Assembly (NCBI RefSeq): GCF_009914755.1
Contig: NC_060935.1
Length of the DNA: 64,000 nt
Direction: 5' to 3' (one strand)
From: the human T2T-CHM13v2.0 reference genome, Homo sapiens
Below the pieces are notes generated by a model, which worked only from the letters and a program-made list of their open reading frames with translations, did no database searches and was not told where the DNA came from. Made by a program: the position numbers and the translations under genes. Shown here piece after piece: positions 30,725 to 45,469 of the stretch. The stretch's first letter is position 1, and every line of letters begins with the position of its first letter.

Positions 30725-31176
30725 CATTCTGGGTGCTGACTGTTCTCTCTCAGCCCCCCTAAATCTACTGTTTACTGTTCTCCATCCTACTCTAAATCTT
30801 GGGAGGCTGACCTTGATGTTCTCCTTTATGTGATTTCCTAGCTCTCTGGCTTAATTTTCAGTTAAAAGAAGTTATCAAAAGAACTTTCAGAGGTAGCAGG
30901 AAGATGACATCAGGGAATTAATTTTCTCTATCCCCGCTAAGCCACGGTGGCTTAGCTATATTTATCTAATGAAGGCCAAGGCTTCTGTCAAGAATCCTTC
31001 TCCATATTGCTACCATCGTGGGGTTCCACCATTCCCTCCACTTCTTCTTTCAGGCTGAGGGGTGGTAATGGCTCTCCAGTATTGGTCCTCTAGGAAACTT
31101 CTTAATTTCTCTAAGCATTGCAAAATTACTGGGATTGAGCGTGCCATCTGTTTTCTGACAGTACTCAAACTGAAAA
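30725..31176 (+). mobile_element. LTR33-like ERVL LTR
   Basis: ttcaggctgaggggtggtaatggct and end motif ttgagcgtgccatctgttttctg. Confidence 0.55.
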
Positions 31177-32366
31177 AGTTATTTTTATTTGTCTTTTATA
31201 TTATATCCTGTAATTTCTAAATATTCTACAAAGTTCATGTTTGCCTTTTAAATCAGCTAACAATAAATAATGTTGGAATATATTTATTTGAATATACCTG
31301 ATAAACATTTGCAGAAACTTGCATTTCAAGATAGAGAATAGTGATTATTTCTGAGGGAAAGGAATTAACGAATGTTGACATTTATATACTGGGTACCACC
31401 ATTAGGGACCTTGAATAAATTATCTCATTTATGCAATGGTATTATAGTTTCCTATGTTTCTGTTTTACATATGACATAAATCAGACTTTGTTTATACATC
31501 TAGCATGCAGAAGCAGTAATTCAAGATTAAACCACACATATAGACATAATAAGTGGTAAATCATATGCCCTGGTAAAGATGAAAAATTTATGATATGTGA
31601 AATAAGGATTTCTGCTTTCATAGGAGAAGAAGCACTATTCCTGCTACTTTTACAATAGTGAAGAGTTGTTGAGCAGCTGCTACACAGCTTTTTTACTTGG
31701 ATACCACACTGTCCAGCAAAGTATTGTATGAAGCAATTTAATGCTCCAAATAAGTACAAGGAATTTGCAATCAGACTGTTTGAATCCCAACTTAACTTGG
31801 ATATTATCTAAATGTTGTTAGGTTTTAAATTTTTCCTTCTGTAAATTATAGAAAATTGTATCGCTCTCATAGAATCTCTTGTATAATTAACTAAAATGTA
31901 CACATAAAGTTCAGCACAGTGCTAAGGAGAGCATGAATATTATTAACATTGGCTGTGGCATATTATTATCGATAAGTGTCCATTTTTAATCTTGAAATTT
32001 CTGTTTGCCATTCCCAACAGATTATTTGAATCAATAATGTGCACTTTATATCAAAGCTTAATGGAGATTTCAAAGTACAGGTTAAATGTGCTGTTGCAAG
32101 TATTTATAAACCCAAATAGTAGATTTTGTTAAGTAGTTTGTGCGAAGCGAGGAGGTTCAAAATGGAAAGGCAAAACAAACGAACAACCTCTCCGCCCCCA
32201 CCGCCAGAAAAAAATTAATAAATTTGTTTGTTTCACCATGACCAAATATCTTCCCTGCAGCGCCACATATTTGGAAATTTATATAGAGGTCAATGCTTGA
32301 AAAACATATCCACACAAATAACCTTTGAGTAGATTAATATACCAGTGTCTCAGGAGTGACACTTAC

Positions 32367-32448
32367 CTAAGTCACTAAATAAAATACAGTAAAATCAGAG
32401 GGTTTAGAAAGTTCCCCAAGTTGAGATATTACACGTTAAATTATTTCC
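32367..32448 (-). other. Candidate 82-nt non-coding exon (unverified)
   Basis: Minus-strand acceptor tcttcttccttccacacacatcttcttag|G and donor TAG|GTAAGT; stops in all three frames. Confidence 0.25.
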
Positions 32449-32716
32449 CTAAGAAGATGTGTGTGGAAGGAAGAAGATGACCGTGAAAATCCTGACAGAT
32501 CATTAACAACATAGCGGGTAAGACCCTATCTAGTTGGTGACTTTCTACCAGTAATCTTTGAATTATTGTTGCTAGTCAGTACTTGATTTAATAAGTTGGG
32601 TGAAAGAATCTCTTAGTCTCTGTGTTGGAATGCAACTCACTATCCACTAATGGAAAATAGTACTGGAAACCTCAGAACTTGGGACATCGATTTTATTGAA
32701 GTTCTCAATAAACATG

Positions 32717-33015
<299 letters not shown>

Positions 33016-34009
33016 AAAAGTGTCTTAAATGACTGCAAGCATGAGGTAAAGAAGAGAAGACAGGAAAATAATGATTTCATTTTTACCTCCCTGATCTACA
33101 TGAATTATTTTAGATTTGGTTACTCAGCTCTATGGACATGGCATAATCTCTATAGTTGTCTTTCATTTGATCACAAACTTATTTTCTTCCAGCTTTGTGA
33201 GGTGTAACTAACAAAGACTATATATATTTAAGGCGTATAAAGTGATATTTTGATACACATGTACATTGTGAAAGGATTACCACAATCAAACCAATTAACA
33301 TATCCATTGCCTCAGGTAGTTTATTTTGTAAATAGTTACATGAAGAGATATATTTTACACTGAATATAGGAAAACCTATTTCATATTCTTGGTTTTTATT
33401 TTATTATTATTTTTTTTAATCAGAGACTCAAATCCGCATAGACCATCCTACTTAAGACTCAGAGGGAAAATATACCAGAAAGAAGCAAAAGGATCCCAAT
33501 TTATGGTTGTCAATCATTTTTCTGCCTTCATACACACCTGAGTTATGTCTTCACATTCAGCGGTGACAGAAGAATGACTGAGATGATTAATGGGGAGATA
33601 GAAACATATGGGGAGTCTCTGAAACCATGTGTTTAGATGAGTGATGGTTAGGGTTCAGGTTAATCCAATCACCCTCCGACCCAGCGTGAGAAACTGTGAT
33701 TGAGATTGAGTTCACATGTGCTCATGTCTTGAATGTACTAGAAGATTCTAAAAGTTCAGTTTCCTAACCAATTTCAGGATAATTTATATGAATGCTATGG
33801 AAAGTGATGGCTATTGTCTTGGAGAAGTGCTACACAAGTTGTGTTCTTAGCGTCCTCTCATGGCTCCTAAAGATCATCATCCCCCTCAAAACCCATCTGC
33901 TGTTCAAGTCTTGTTCTTGATCCATTGTTTTGAAAATAGCAGGGGAGAATGGGAAGAAAAGGAAGAGAAGTGTGGTAGGCAACTAAATCATCAAAAGTCA
34001 TGAGTTATT

Positions 34010-34305
<296 letters not shown>

Positions 34306-37156
34306 TTATTTAAGTAGAAAAAATAAACTAAAACTTAAGCACATCGTTTTCATGGATATACTAATATCTCCACTGCATATTTGCTTCTTAAAGGTAAGGG
34401 TGAAGAGAAACATTTGAAGACCACATAATCTAAAAAAATAAAAACAGTTTGAAAAGGTGAAGCTACAAAAGAAATGTGACCATGCTACACCTTCATCACA
34501 AACTTTACAGCTGGATTTTCTGGTTGGAAAGAAAGGCCATGACAGTGTAGCTCCCATTTGCATAGCAGATAACCTTGGACTCTATTCAGAATTATTTTGT
34601 GCTCTTAACACCTGGGATTACCAAATCAGAAATCATCAGAAGTCACAAATAGTCACTATTGATATTTAGGTTCCTCCTCTTTCTGAGGTGTTTGAGAAAT
34701 AAAAGCTAAGAGTCAGAAGTTAAGCACAAGTTCCCAGGACAAAGACCTCAGTTCTTATAAAAACTGAATACAACCCCTAAAAAATCTCTAAAAAATAAAT
34801 TTTGCATTTATAGACCAGTATTTCTGACTTTTCATTTTATGGTATAAGAAAGTGTACCTTTAATGAAATTGTACTACTCTTAACACTTATGTAAATCTTA
34901 TTTAAATCGACTTACAAAAAATATTACATTTATCTACATAATTAATTCCTTAATTTTAGCAAATCTTAGCTTATACAGTTACTTGAGTGGTTATAGAGAC
35001 CACCCGCTACCAGGTACAAAGTCAAGGCAAATTTAGCTATTCCTTTTTGTATCATAAGTCAGAATGATTGAGTTCTGTTCCTAAAGTTGCCCCCTAAATA
35101 ATATGTAGAGTTAGGCAAGTGAGTTAACATCCCTAGACCACACTCCTGGAAGTAACGCTACAACGGAATTAGACTGAAGGAATTATAAGGTACCTTCCAA
35201 TATAGCACCCAAATTAAAAATACCTTCATGTGCACCATTACTCCTACACTGCTCCCACTGCCACTGATGCCGCAAATAGTTGGGAAGTTTAGTTGAACTT
35301 CGTGTAATATTCTGCATTATATAGGTTTACTTCTTCTCCAAATGGTTTCATTACTTTTGTTCATTTTAATATTGAAAATAAATATGAGAAGAAGAGTATT
35401 TAGGTTTTAGCATTAGCAAACCTTGATTACAATCCTATGCATCTTAGGTCGATAGCCTTGGAAGATAAAATTAGTATATTTGGCTCTTGGTTTTCTCATA
35501 AGTAAAATGTGATAATTGCTACTTAGCAATGTTGTGGTGAGAATTGACTCAGAATAAATGCAAAATGCTTCCCATGAAACAAGTTTTCAGAATTGTTTTT
35601 AATAAACAATGATTATGTCTTAGATGCTTAAGTCCCTCAGGAATGTTTATAAGATGGTGTCACTTATAAGACATTTATGTATGCAAATTTAAATATACAA
35701 TGAGGTATTTGGAACATTTTTACTGGACTAAGTGGAATTTACTGGAAAAATAGGCTTTAAATGATCTCAGTGATTGTGAATAAGGCCAGTCATCCTACAG
35801 AGTGTGTTTAAGCAACTGTCAAAACGTTGAGATGATAGAAGATTAGAATTGTTCCTTTCCTCTCCCCATGTTACCAGGGGACTTTTCATTGTACATTAAT
35901 TTTGAAATAGGTGATATTATGACTTAAAGTTTAGAAGTAGTCTGCCCCAAAGGAGTTAACAAGTACCAGCCACAACTGAAGAAACTATTTTAAGTGGGCT
36001 TGGCAGGAGAGCCTCCCTGCTGGAGAGAGGATGGGAAAATGAGATGTCAGCCTTGGCAGAAACTATCCACATTTGAAGCTGAAACTGACAGCTCTTAGGT
36101 GAACAGCATGTCTCGGCTGTGCTGTCCAAAGAAATAACCTGTCAAGCCCCTAGATTGAACTTGTACAACTTCCATATGGCCACCAGGTAAACAAAAATAT
36201 CACCATACTGAGTCAGAAAATGTATCTGCATATCCAAGCATCCTGCTCAGCAAGTATCATATGGAAACCATCACATTGCACACCTGGTCTCTACTCCAAA
36301 GTAAATCTTTGGGTAAAAATGGCCATGTAATTGACCACTGGGAAGAGTGAATCCCTCACAGTCCATAGTACATTCAACCAGTAGGAAAGAAGCCATAAAC
36401 TTGCCCATTATGTGACTGATTTTCACATAATTCCCACATTGTTGACATCAACAAAAGAGCCACAAAAAATGTTCTCAATATCTAATCAATGTATTGATGA
36501 TTATGGAGATAATGATACTGATGTTGATGATGGTGAAAATAGTAACTGAGATGATAATCTCTAAATTGGGTAACTCTTGGGAGCTTAGATATAAACTAAC
36601 ATGTTAAAAAGACACCAAAGGATTGATTTGAAGGAAAGCCAAAGAAACGTGAAAGGGGAAATGAGTAGTTACATCAAGAGAACCTCAACAAACAAGCTGG
36701 ACCAACAACAAGGTTGGCCTCTGATGCTTGTAAGAGTGCATCAGATGAAGCAATAACATCGTCATGGGAGAGAAAGTTAAGAAAACTAATGAGACCTAGG
36801 CCAGGGACAAAAGGTAGGAATCAGAGAGAAGGGATCATTGGGTGTTTTTCATGGTGGGCCCTTACCCATCCTCTGTTCCTGTCCCAGCTTCCCAGAGATT
36901 ACTATAAAATTCTGGGAATTAGAATGGAAATATCTGCAATAAAACCTGATTCAAATAATGAAGTGTTCAGTGGTGCATACAGTTATGGATTCTGGAATCA
37001 AAGAAAACTGATGTGTGACTTAATAGGTACGTAACTGGGGATGAGTTACTTAACCTGTCGCATCCTCAACATAAGATGTATGGATTATAATGCCAATGGC
37101 ATAAGATTGTTAGAAGAATTAAGGTAAAGTATCTAGACCACATAGCCTAATGTCTG

Positions 37157-37220
<64 letters not shown>

Positions 37221-37249
37221 TATATATATATACACATTATATATATATA
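37157..37249. repeat. Compound (TA)n(CA)n(TA)n microsatellite
   Basis: About 11 TA, then about 20 CA, then interrupted TA runs. Confidence 0.97.
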
Positions 37250-37297
37250 ATCTATTGTTCAATAAAGAACATTTATAATTATTTAAATATATGCATG

Positions 37298-39595
37298 TGT
37301 ATTAGTCCATTTTCATGCTGTCTTTCAAAAAGACATACCTGAGACTGGGAAGAAAAATCAGTTTAATGGTGTCACAGTTCCACGTGGCTCAGGAGGCCTC
37401 ACAATCATGGTGGGAGGCAAAAGGCACGTTTAACATGGTGGCAGCAAGAGAGAATGAGGCAGAAGTGAAAGCTGAAACCCCTGATAAAACCATGAGATCT
37501 CATGAGACTTATTCAGTACCACAGGTACAGTACGGGAGAAACTGCCCCGATAGTTCAATTATCTCCCACCAGGTCCCTTCCACAACACATGGAAATTATG
37601 AGAGTACAATTCATGATGAGATTTGGGTGGGGACACAGAGCCAACCCATATCATTTCACACCTTGCCCCTGCCAAATCTCATGTCCTCAAATTTCAAAAC
37701 CAATCATGCCTTCCCAACAGTCCCCCAAAGTCTTAATTCACCTCAGCATTAACTCAAAAGTTCACAGTCCAAAGTCTTATCCAAGATAGTTAACTCCCTT
37801 CCACCTATGAGCCTGTAAAATCAAAAGAAAGTTAGTTACTTCCTAGATACATTGGGGATACAGGCATTGGGTAAATACAGCCATTCCAAATGGGACAAAT
37901 TGGCCAAAATACAGAGGCTACAGACCCCATGCAAGTCTGAAATCCACTGGGGCAGTCAAATCTTAAAGTTCCAAAATGATCTCCTTTGATTTCATGTCTC
38001 GAATCCAGGTCACACTGGTGCAAGGGGTGGGTTCCCATGGAACCCACAACAACTGAACAATTCTGCCCCTGTGGCTTTGCAGGATAAAGCCCCCCACCTG
38101 GCTGCTTTCACAAGCTGCTGTGAGAGTCTGTGGCTTTTCCAGGCACACAATGCAACCTGTCGGTGGAGCTACCATTCTGGGGCCTGGAGGACAGTGGCTC
38201 CCTTCTCACAGCTCCACTAGGCAGCACCCCAGTGGGGACTCTGTGTGGGAGTCCCCTCCCTACATTTCCCTTCCGCACTGCCCTAGCAGAGGTTCGCCAT
38301 GAGTGCCTTGTCCCTGCAGCAAATTTCTGCCTGGACATTCAGGTGATGCCATACATCCTCTGAAACCTAAGCAGAGGTCCCCAAACCTCAATTCATGACT
38401 TCTGTGCACCTGCAGGCTCAACACCACATGAAAGCTGCCAAGGCTTGGGGCTTGCACCCTCTGAAGCTACAGCCTGATCTGTACCTTGGCTCTTTTTAGT
38501 CATCCCTGGAGTGGCTGGGAAGCAGGGCACCAAGTCCCTAGACTGCACACAGCAGAGGGACCCTGGGCCCAGCCCACAAGACCATTTTTTCCTCCTAGGC
38601 CTCTGGGTCTGTGATGGGAGGGGCTGCCACGAAGGTCTCTGATATGTCCTGGAGACATTTTCCCCATTGTCTTGGTGATTAACACTCGTCTCTGTGTTAC
38701 TTATGCAAGTTTCTGCAGCAGGCTTGAATTTCTCCTTGGAAAATAGGATTTTCTCTTCTATCCTATTGTCAGGCTGCAAAATTTTCTGAACTTTTATGCT
38801 CTGCTTCACTTGTAAAACTGAATGCCTTTAGCAACACCCAAGTCACCTCTTGAATGCTTTGCTGCTTAGAAATTTCTTCTGCCAGATACCCTAAATCATC
38901 TCTCTCAAGTTCAAAGTTTCACAAATCTCTAGTGCAGGGGCAAAATGCTGCCAGTCTCCTTGCTACAACATAACAAGAGTCACCTTTGCTCTAGTTCCCA
39001 ACTAGTTCCTCATCTCCATCTGAGACCACCTCATCCTGGACTTTATTGTCTGTATCATTATCAGCATTTTGGTCAAAGCCATTCAACAAGTCTCTAGGAA
39101 GTTCCAAATTTTCCCACATTTTCCTGTCTTCTTCTGAGTCATCCAAAATGTTCCAATCTTTGCCTGTTTCCCAGTTCCAAAGTTGCTTCCATATTTTTGG
39201 GTATCTTTTCAGCAGTGCCCCCACTCTATTGGCACCAATTTACTGTATTCATTCATTTTCATGCTGCTGATAAAGACATACTGGAGACGGGGAAGAAGAA
39301 AGGTTTAAAAGAGTCACAGTTCCATGTGACTTGGGAAGCCTCACAATCATGGTGGGAGGTGAAAGGCACTTCTTACAGGGTGGCAGCAAGAGAGAATGAG
39401 GCAGAAGTGAAAGTGGAAACCCCTTATAAAACCATGAAACCTTATGAGACTTATTCACTGTCATGAGAATAGTATGGGGGAAATGACCCCTACGATTCAA
39501 TTATCTCCCACCTGGTCCCTCCCACAACACGTGAGAATTATGGGAGTACAATTCAAGATGAGATTTGGTTGGGGACACAGAGCCAAACCACATAA
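37298..39595 (-). mobile_element. Complete THE1 (C/D-like) MaLR element: 3' LTR 37298-37653, internal region, 5' LTR 39244-39595
   Basis: Two homologous LTRs and TSD gcatg (37293-37297 / 39596-39600). Minus-strand internal ORF relic SEEDRKMWENLELPRDLLNGFDQNADND...EVVSDGDEELVGN. Confidence 0.96.
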
Positions 39596-42500
39596 GCATG
39601 CATCTCTATAAATATGTAGCTCTGCCTTATGACTAATAGTTTTATGATCTATGACATCTTTCACTCTTTGATCACGACTTGGTTTATTTCTCTGTCTTCA
39701 TCAAAGTTATAGGTAAACAATTTCTACTTAGAAAAAAATATGTGATTTTTGTAATGTAAGATGTTCTCTTATGAGGCAAAAGTGTCACTTGAAGCATTCT
39801 CGCTTTGGCAAAGTGAATATTAGAAAAGATCTGAAAACCACCCACAACGTTGACAACTTCAGATAGGCTCATAAAATTGTCAGCTGTTACTCAGCTAAGA
39901 TTTCACCTAGATGTAAATTTAGCTCTGTTTGACTCAATACTCATGCTTTCCCCAAGACACCATGCTGACTCGCAGCGCATGGCTACTATACTGTTTCAAA
40001 CTTTTCCCTTTCTCCCTCTAAACACACAGCTTCTGCTACCTGGTAGTTCATATGTTGACAAATTTCTGCCTCTGTGAAGGTATGTAAAAACATTACCTTC
40101 ATGAAGCCTTCCTACAGACCCCAGGACAGAATTACTTCTTTAATTTCAAAGTACCTTTTCTTAAATATTTTTTAAGGCATCTAACACAGTGTTCATGCTA
40201 TTTTCCCAATACCTGGAACCATGCCTAGCATATAGCACATGGGCAATAAATATTGGTTGAATAAATGAATTACACTTTATTTATATGCAGCTTCTCTGTC
40301 TTTCTAGGTATTGAGCTCCTTAAACATACTGTCTAACCAATTTGCTGAAAATGCTAAGCTGGTTACTGTGAAACCCTGAAGTAATTTCACTATATTGTCT
40401 ATGCACATTCTTAGATATTAAAAAGCCCAATGCAATCTTATACCAAAGCTTCAGTCTTTCAATCTATTTAAAGCTTCTTAACTCGCTATCACAATTCTTG
40501 CATGACACAGGACTCAAAGATTGACAGGAACAAGGATGTTCTATGTCTACTTTCTTTCTTGATTCACCATTTTACCACATTCTTAAATTTTTATTTCTGT
40601 TCTTTCAAGAGTTAGGCTCAGTAGACAGTGAGGATTAGAGGTAAAGGATTTAAAAAGGCCTTATTTTATTAGTGTGGTTTTAATCTGAAGCTAATGCCCT
40701 CAAAAAGGTGGATATACAAATGTTGGCTTTTTCTTTCATGATGCTTTTGATACATTTGTGTGGATATCTTTCTGCAGTGTTCCATGGTGCAGTATACTAT
40801 CTACCTGGTCAGCTATAAACTCACTTTCCAGAGATTGGCAGTAAACCATGGCGTTTTGAAGAGAAAAAAAGAGACATGTACAGCCCCCCAGTAACCCTCT
40901 CCAAAGAAATTGTCATTTTTAAGCTTCCTCATATATCCTTCCATTTACATGGTGAAAAGAGTTGACAAGCACTTATTATTTTCACCCACAATTCCAAAAC
41001 TGCAAATCTTCCATTTAGGATTTTGGAGTAACTTCATTGCTCCCATTTTTTTTTTAACATTTATCATCTGGCATTTTGTAAAATATAAATTTAAGTGAAC
41101 AATTAATGGATAAATGAATGAATGTATGAATAGCTGAATGAAAGAATATAACTTTTGTGAGTTTAAAGACATAAAAATATTCTGTATATTAACCTTTCCA
41201 ACAGAGAGCCACTGGAGGGTGAAGTATACTATGGGGAGTAAGAGGGATGCCATGGAGGATATTCTGATGGACAGACGGTCATAATTATCCATCCTCAGTT
41301 CCCACAGAAAAAGACTCAGATGAACAGAATATGAACAGATGCCACTTGGAGGCATCTGTCCTCCAAGTGGACAGAATCCAAGAATCCAGAGCTCAGGTAT
41401 CAGCCTAAGGATTTTGAATCTTTATATTAGTGTGAGTTGAGTGAAGGGATGGCTTAAGACTCATGGATTTAAGTTGGGCAGAAATGATTAGCTTGGAGGA
41501 AGAAGATGTTTTCTTAGGACTCCAGGATATCTCAGTTATGTGTTGAAATAATTATTTTGGTCTAAAATCAATATTAAATTATAATTTCATACAGTTTTTT
41601 ATTTGTTAACTATTTTACTGTCTAGAATGTATTGCTATCGACACATTTCTCATCAACATTTTATGTTTTATTTAGAGAGCGGAGGCTGTCTCTTTCCCTG
41701 GACAAAATCATGACAAGATTCGGGAATTTTCTGGCTCTGTCTTAGATCATAGCAATCCTAGGCTCACTTTAAACCACGTAAACAGTACTAGCATTTTCAG
41801 TCCAGAATTGTAATCAAATTTTACTTTTGAATTAGCATATTTAAAAAATTCTTAGACAGAGTGGGCCATCTTCAGGCTCAAGTCTTCTAGTGGGGGAAGG
41901 CAGGTGTTTTTTTGTTTTTGTTTTTTTCTCCTTCATACTCTCTTACCTCGTCCTCTATTTTCTAACTGCTGATTCAATTGGATAAGGCTAAATCTGGGTC
42001 CTGGGAGGATTTGGCAGTTGGGAGAAAAATAGGTAAGGAGATGGGTCTATTCTTACTTGGTTGGTGGCTTCCAGTTTTTGGTTAGGCAGACATTTAAAGC
42101 TGGTGACCCTGGGTGGGTATGGCTTATGCTTTCTCTGATGCACAAATTTCCATTGGCTCCTTAGGATTTAACAACTGTTGACACCTTACTTCCTGAAGTT
42201 GCCTTAGCTTGAGTAGATGCAACTATATTCTCATACCTTGTGTTTCCCTTCTCTACCTCTGGTCAAACAACAATAGATTTACTGCCCTTTTCTGCTCAGG
42301 TCTTACTTTTCCAGACAATGTCATCAGACAGGATTGAAGGAAACCTCTTGCTGGGTTATGGTCCATTGCAAACACTCTTGCTTATCTGTGCCCTGTAAAC
42401 TTTGAGAATGAACACCCACCTCAGTGAAGTCATTTTCTCAATTCCATATCCAAAATGATAATCTTTCCTTGGCTTCAAGATTTTCTGGGTAGGGTAAAAT

Positions 42501-44519
42501 TCCACTCAATGGTTGACTTTGTATTTCAGATGTATGTCAGGCATTGGCCCATGAATGCAAGAAAAACATTGCAGTTTTGTCTAAGGGATTCTCTTGACAC
42601 TTGCTTTACTAGGTTTGGAGTAAGAAAGTAGCAAAGTTATTATTTCAAAGAGGAAATGGGAGCTCGAAGCCCAATAATACCTCTCTTCAAAGAAATATCA
42701 TTTTTGACCTCCCCCCGCTTTCACATTCTGACCCCATTTTCTTAATATTTATGCTGGTTGGAGGACTCCAAGAAGCCTGAAAATGATTTTTTTTCTAATT
42801 TCTTTATCTACACATGGAAATGTAGCCTTAGAATTTCACATTTATTCTGTCTTGAAGTTTTCCTGGAAACTTCATTTTTAACATATTGTTACATAGTGAA
42901 TTCAAGGTTCAAACTACAGACTTACAGTGAACTTTCAGATCTTAAACTACATAGGTTAGGTATGTTCTATGTTTACAAAGGTAGTCATACATTCCCTATG
43001 CTCTTCATTTGAACTTGCATTTAATGGCCCTAATTTTAAGAAAAACTGAGCTTAAGAGTACCAGTTAATTCAGTTTATTCAACTTAATTCAATTTATAAT
43101 GATGAGATGAAGTAGAAGTTACTACATGCTCTGACTCACAGTTTTCTCTATGTAGGCTGTTTCTTTGCCTTTCCAGTTTCTTTGAGAATCCAAGAGCTAG
43201 CAGACCATATGCAGCTGTGTGGCTTTTCACATGAACAGAAATCTTAACACTACTGAATGAAAACTTGTCATTTTACTTCCTTCACACAGTTTCAGTAAAC
43301 GGAATTAGCGTATTTCATTACAAGAAAACTTCCTCTGATCAGTGAAGTAGGTACTAATGAATAAAACTGTAAACAATTAGATAAAGTAAGTTGCTGAAAA
43401 TCTAAACTATTTATCTATTCCAACAGCCAGCGGGAACATGGCCAAAGGAAATATATTTGCTCTCTTCTATTTTCTCAAGGTTTAATCATGAAAATCTTCA
43501 TTTAACTGCTTTTTATTCTCATCTGAAAAAAAAATAATTCTAATGTTTATATACAAAATAACATAAAAATAGCCATAAAAATTAGGAAAGAAATTGGATT
43601 AGTCCTACAATATATATAATGCCTTATAATTTCATAGTAATTAAGAGCATTGGCACAACAATAGGCTAACAAATAAATGAACATGTATAAGGTCCCAAAA
43701 TAGAAACATTTAGAAAAATTTATTTTAGGTTTAAGGTGTCATTTTAAATGACTGAAAATTTATGAAGTTATTTAGGATTATTTAATGACAACACTAGAAA
43801 AACTAGCTGTTAATTTAGGGAAGTATACAAACACACACATAAAACATACAGGGTAAGTCTACTAAGTATATATTCTTATTGCTTTACTTGACAATAAATC
43901 CTAGTTTAATCAAGATGTGAGGCTGAAACACAAAAATAAAAGATACAAAAAACACTACATGTATTAAAAATATTACTAATATTGGAATAGGGATTGCCTT
44001 CATAGGCATAACAGAAAAACCAAAACCTTTAAAAATTAAATGAGTCCACATAAAAAGTTAGAATTTCTTACTAGCAAAAATTACATAAATAGTTTAAAGA
44101 CTGAGAAATATATATAACATATGATTAGACAAAATATCTGGTTTAGGTATATACAAGGAAAGACTGCAAATCCGGAAGAAAAGTCTAAAAATTCAATAGA
44201 ATAATAGGCAGTGAATAGGAAAAGGCAGCTTACTAAAAATAAAATCCGAACAGCCCTAGATATATTTTTTTAAATGGTCAACCTTATGCTAATTGAAAGC
44301 AAATTAAAACTTTTTTTTAACAATTGGGATGAACAAATATAAACACTAATAAATACATTCATTGTTGGTGAGAGTATGAAGATAGATACTATAATAACCT
44401 ATGGATGGATATTTTAGAAATTTATTTTTGAAAAAGGTATGGTAACGCCTAGCATTACCATATGTGTGAATCACTTTCAACTGAACTTTTAGCAGTTTAT
44501 GTTAACAATAAACTTTTAG

Positions 44520-44940
<421 letters not shown>

Positions 44941-45418
44941 CAAATTTAAATGTTATATCCCTCCAATAGCATACTCTGAAGCCAGATCAAATACTGTACA
45001 ATGACAAATAACAAAATCATGCAATATAATTATAAGTATAGAATGGGCCCAACTATGTACAAAATATATTAGAAAATACCAAAGGATGAAAATCATACTG
45101 CTAATGGTGGCTTTTTCCAGAAATGGAATTGAAGGCCAAAGAAGGGGGAATTATTTACTTTTACTTTGTACATTTCTGTAGTTACTTTTTGCAATGAGAA
45201 TTTGTTACTATTATAATAAAAAATCATATAAAACACAAAAAACAGAGGTAGACAGAAGGCTTGGCAAAAATAATGCCTAGATTTAAATAGAACATAGCAT
45301 TTATAATGTAGTACAGTGTAATGCTACAGAAACTGAAATTATGGAAGTTGGCCCAAAAAAAGCTTAGCCTAAGATGAAAAAAAAACCTGCCTTGTCAGCA
45401 TTTAGCTCATGTACTCAC

Positions 45419-45469
45419 CAGGCCAGAATGAAATAATAGCTTCTCATCTTTATCCAAAAGGGATTAGTC
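45419..45469 (-). other. Candidate 51-nt exon (unverified)
   Basis: Minus-strand acceptor ttttcttccctag|G and donor CTG|GTGAGT; one open frame, TNPFWIKMRSYYFILA. Confidence 0.3.

Noticed and set aside
37315-39500. Dense overlapping ORFs up to 145 aa
   Set aside because: GC-richer THE1 LTR and internal sequence; the ancestral internal ORF is fragmented.
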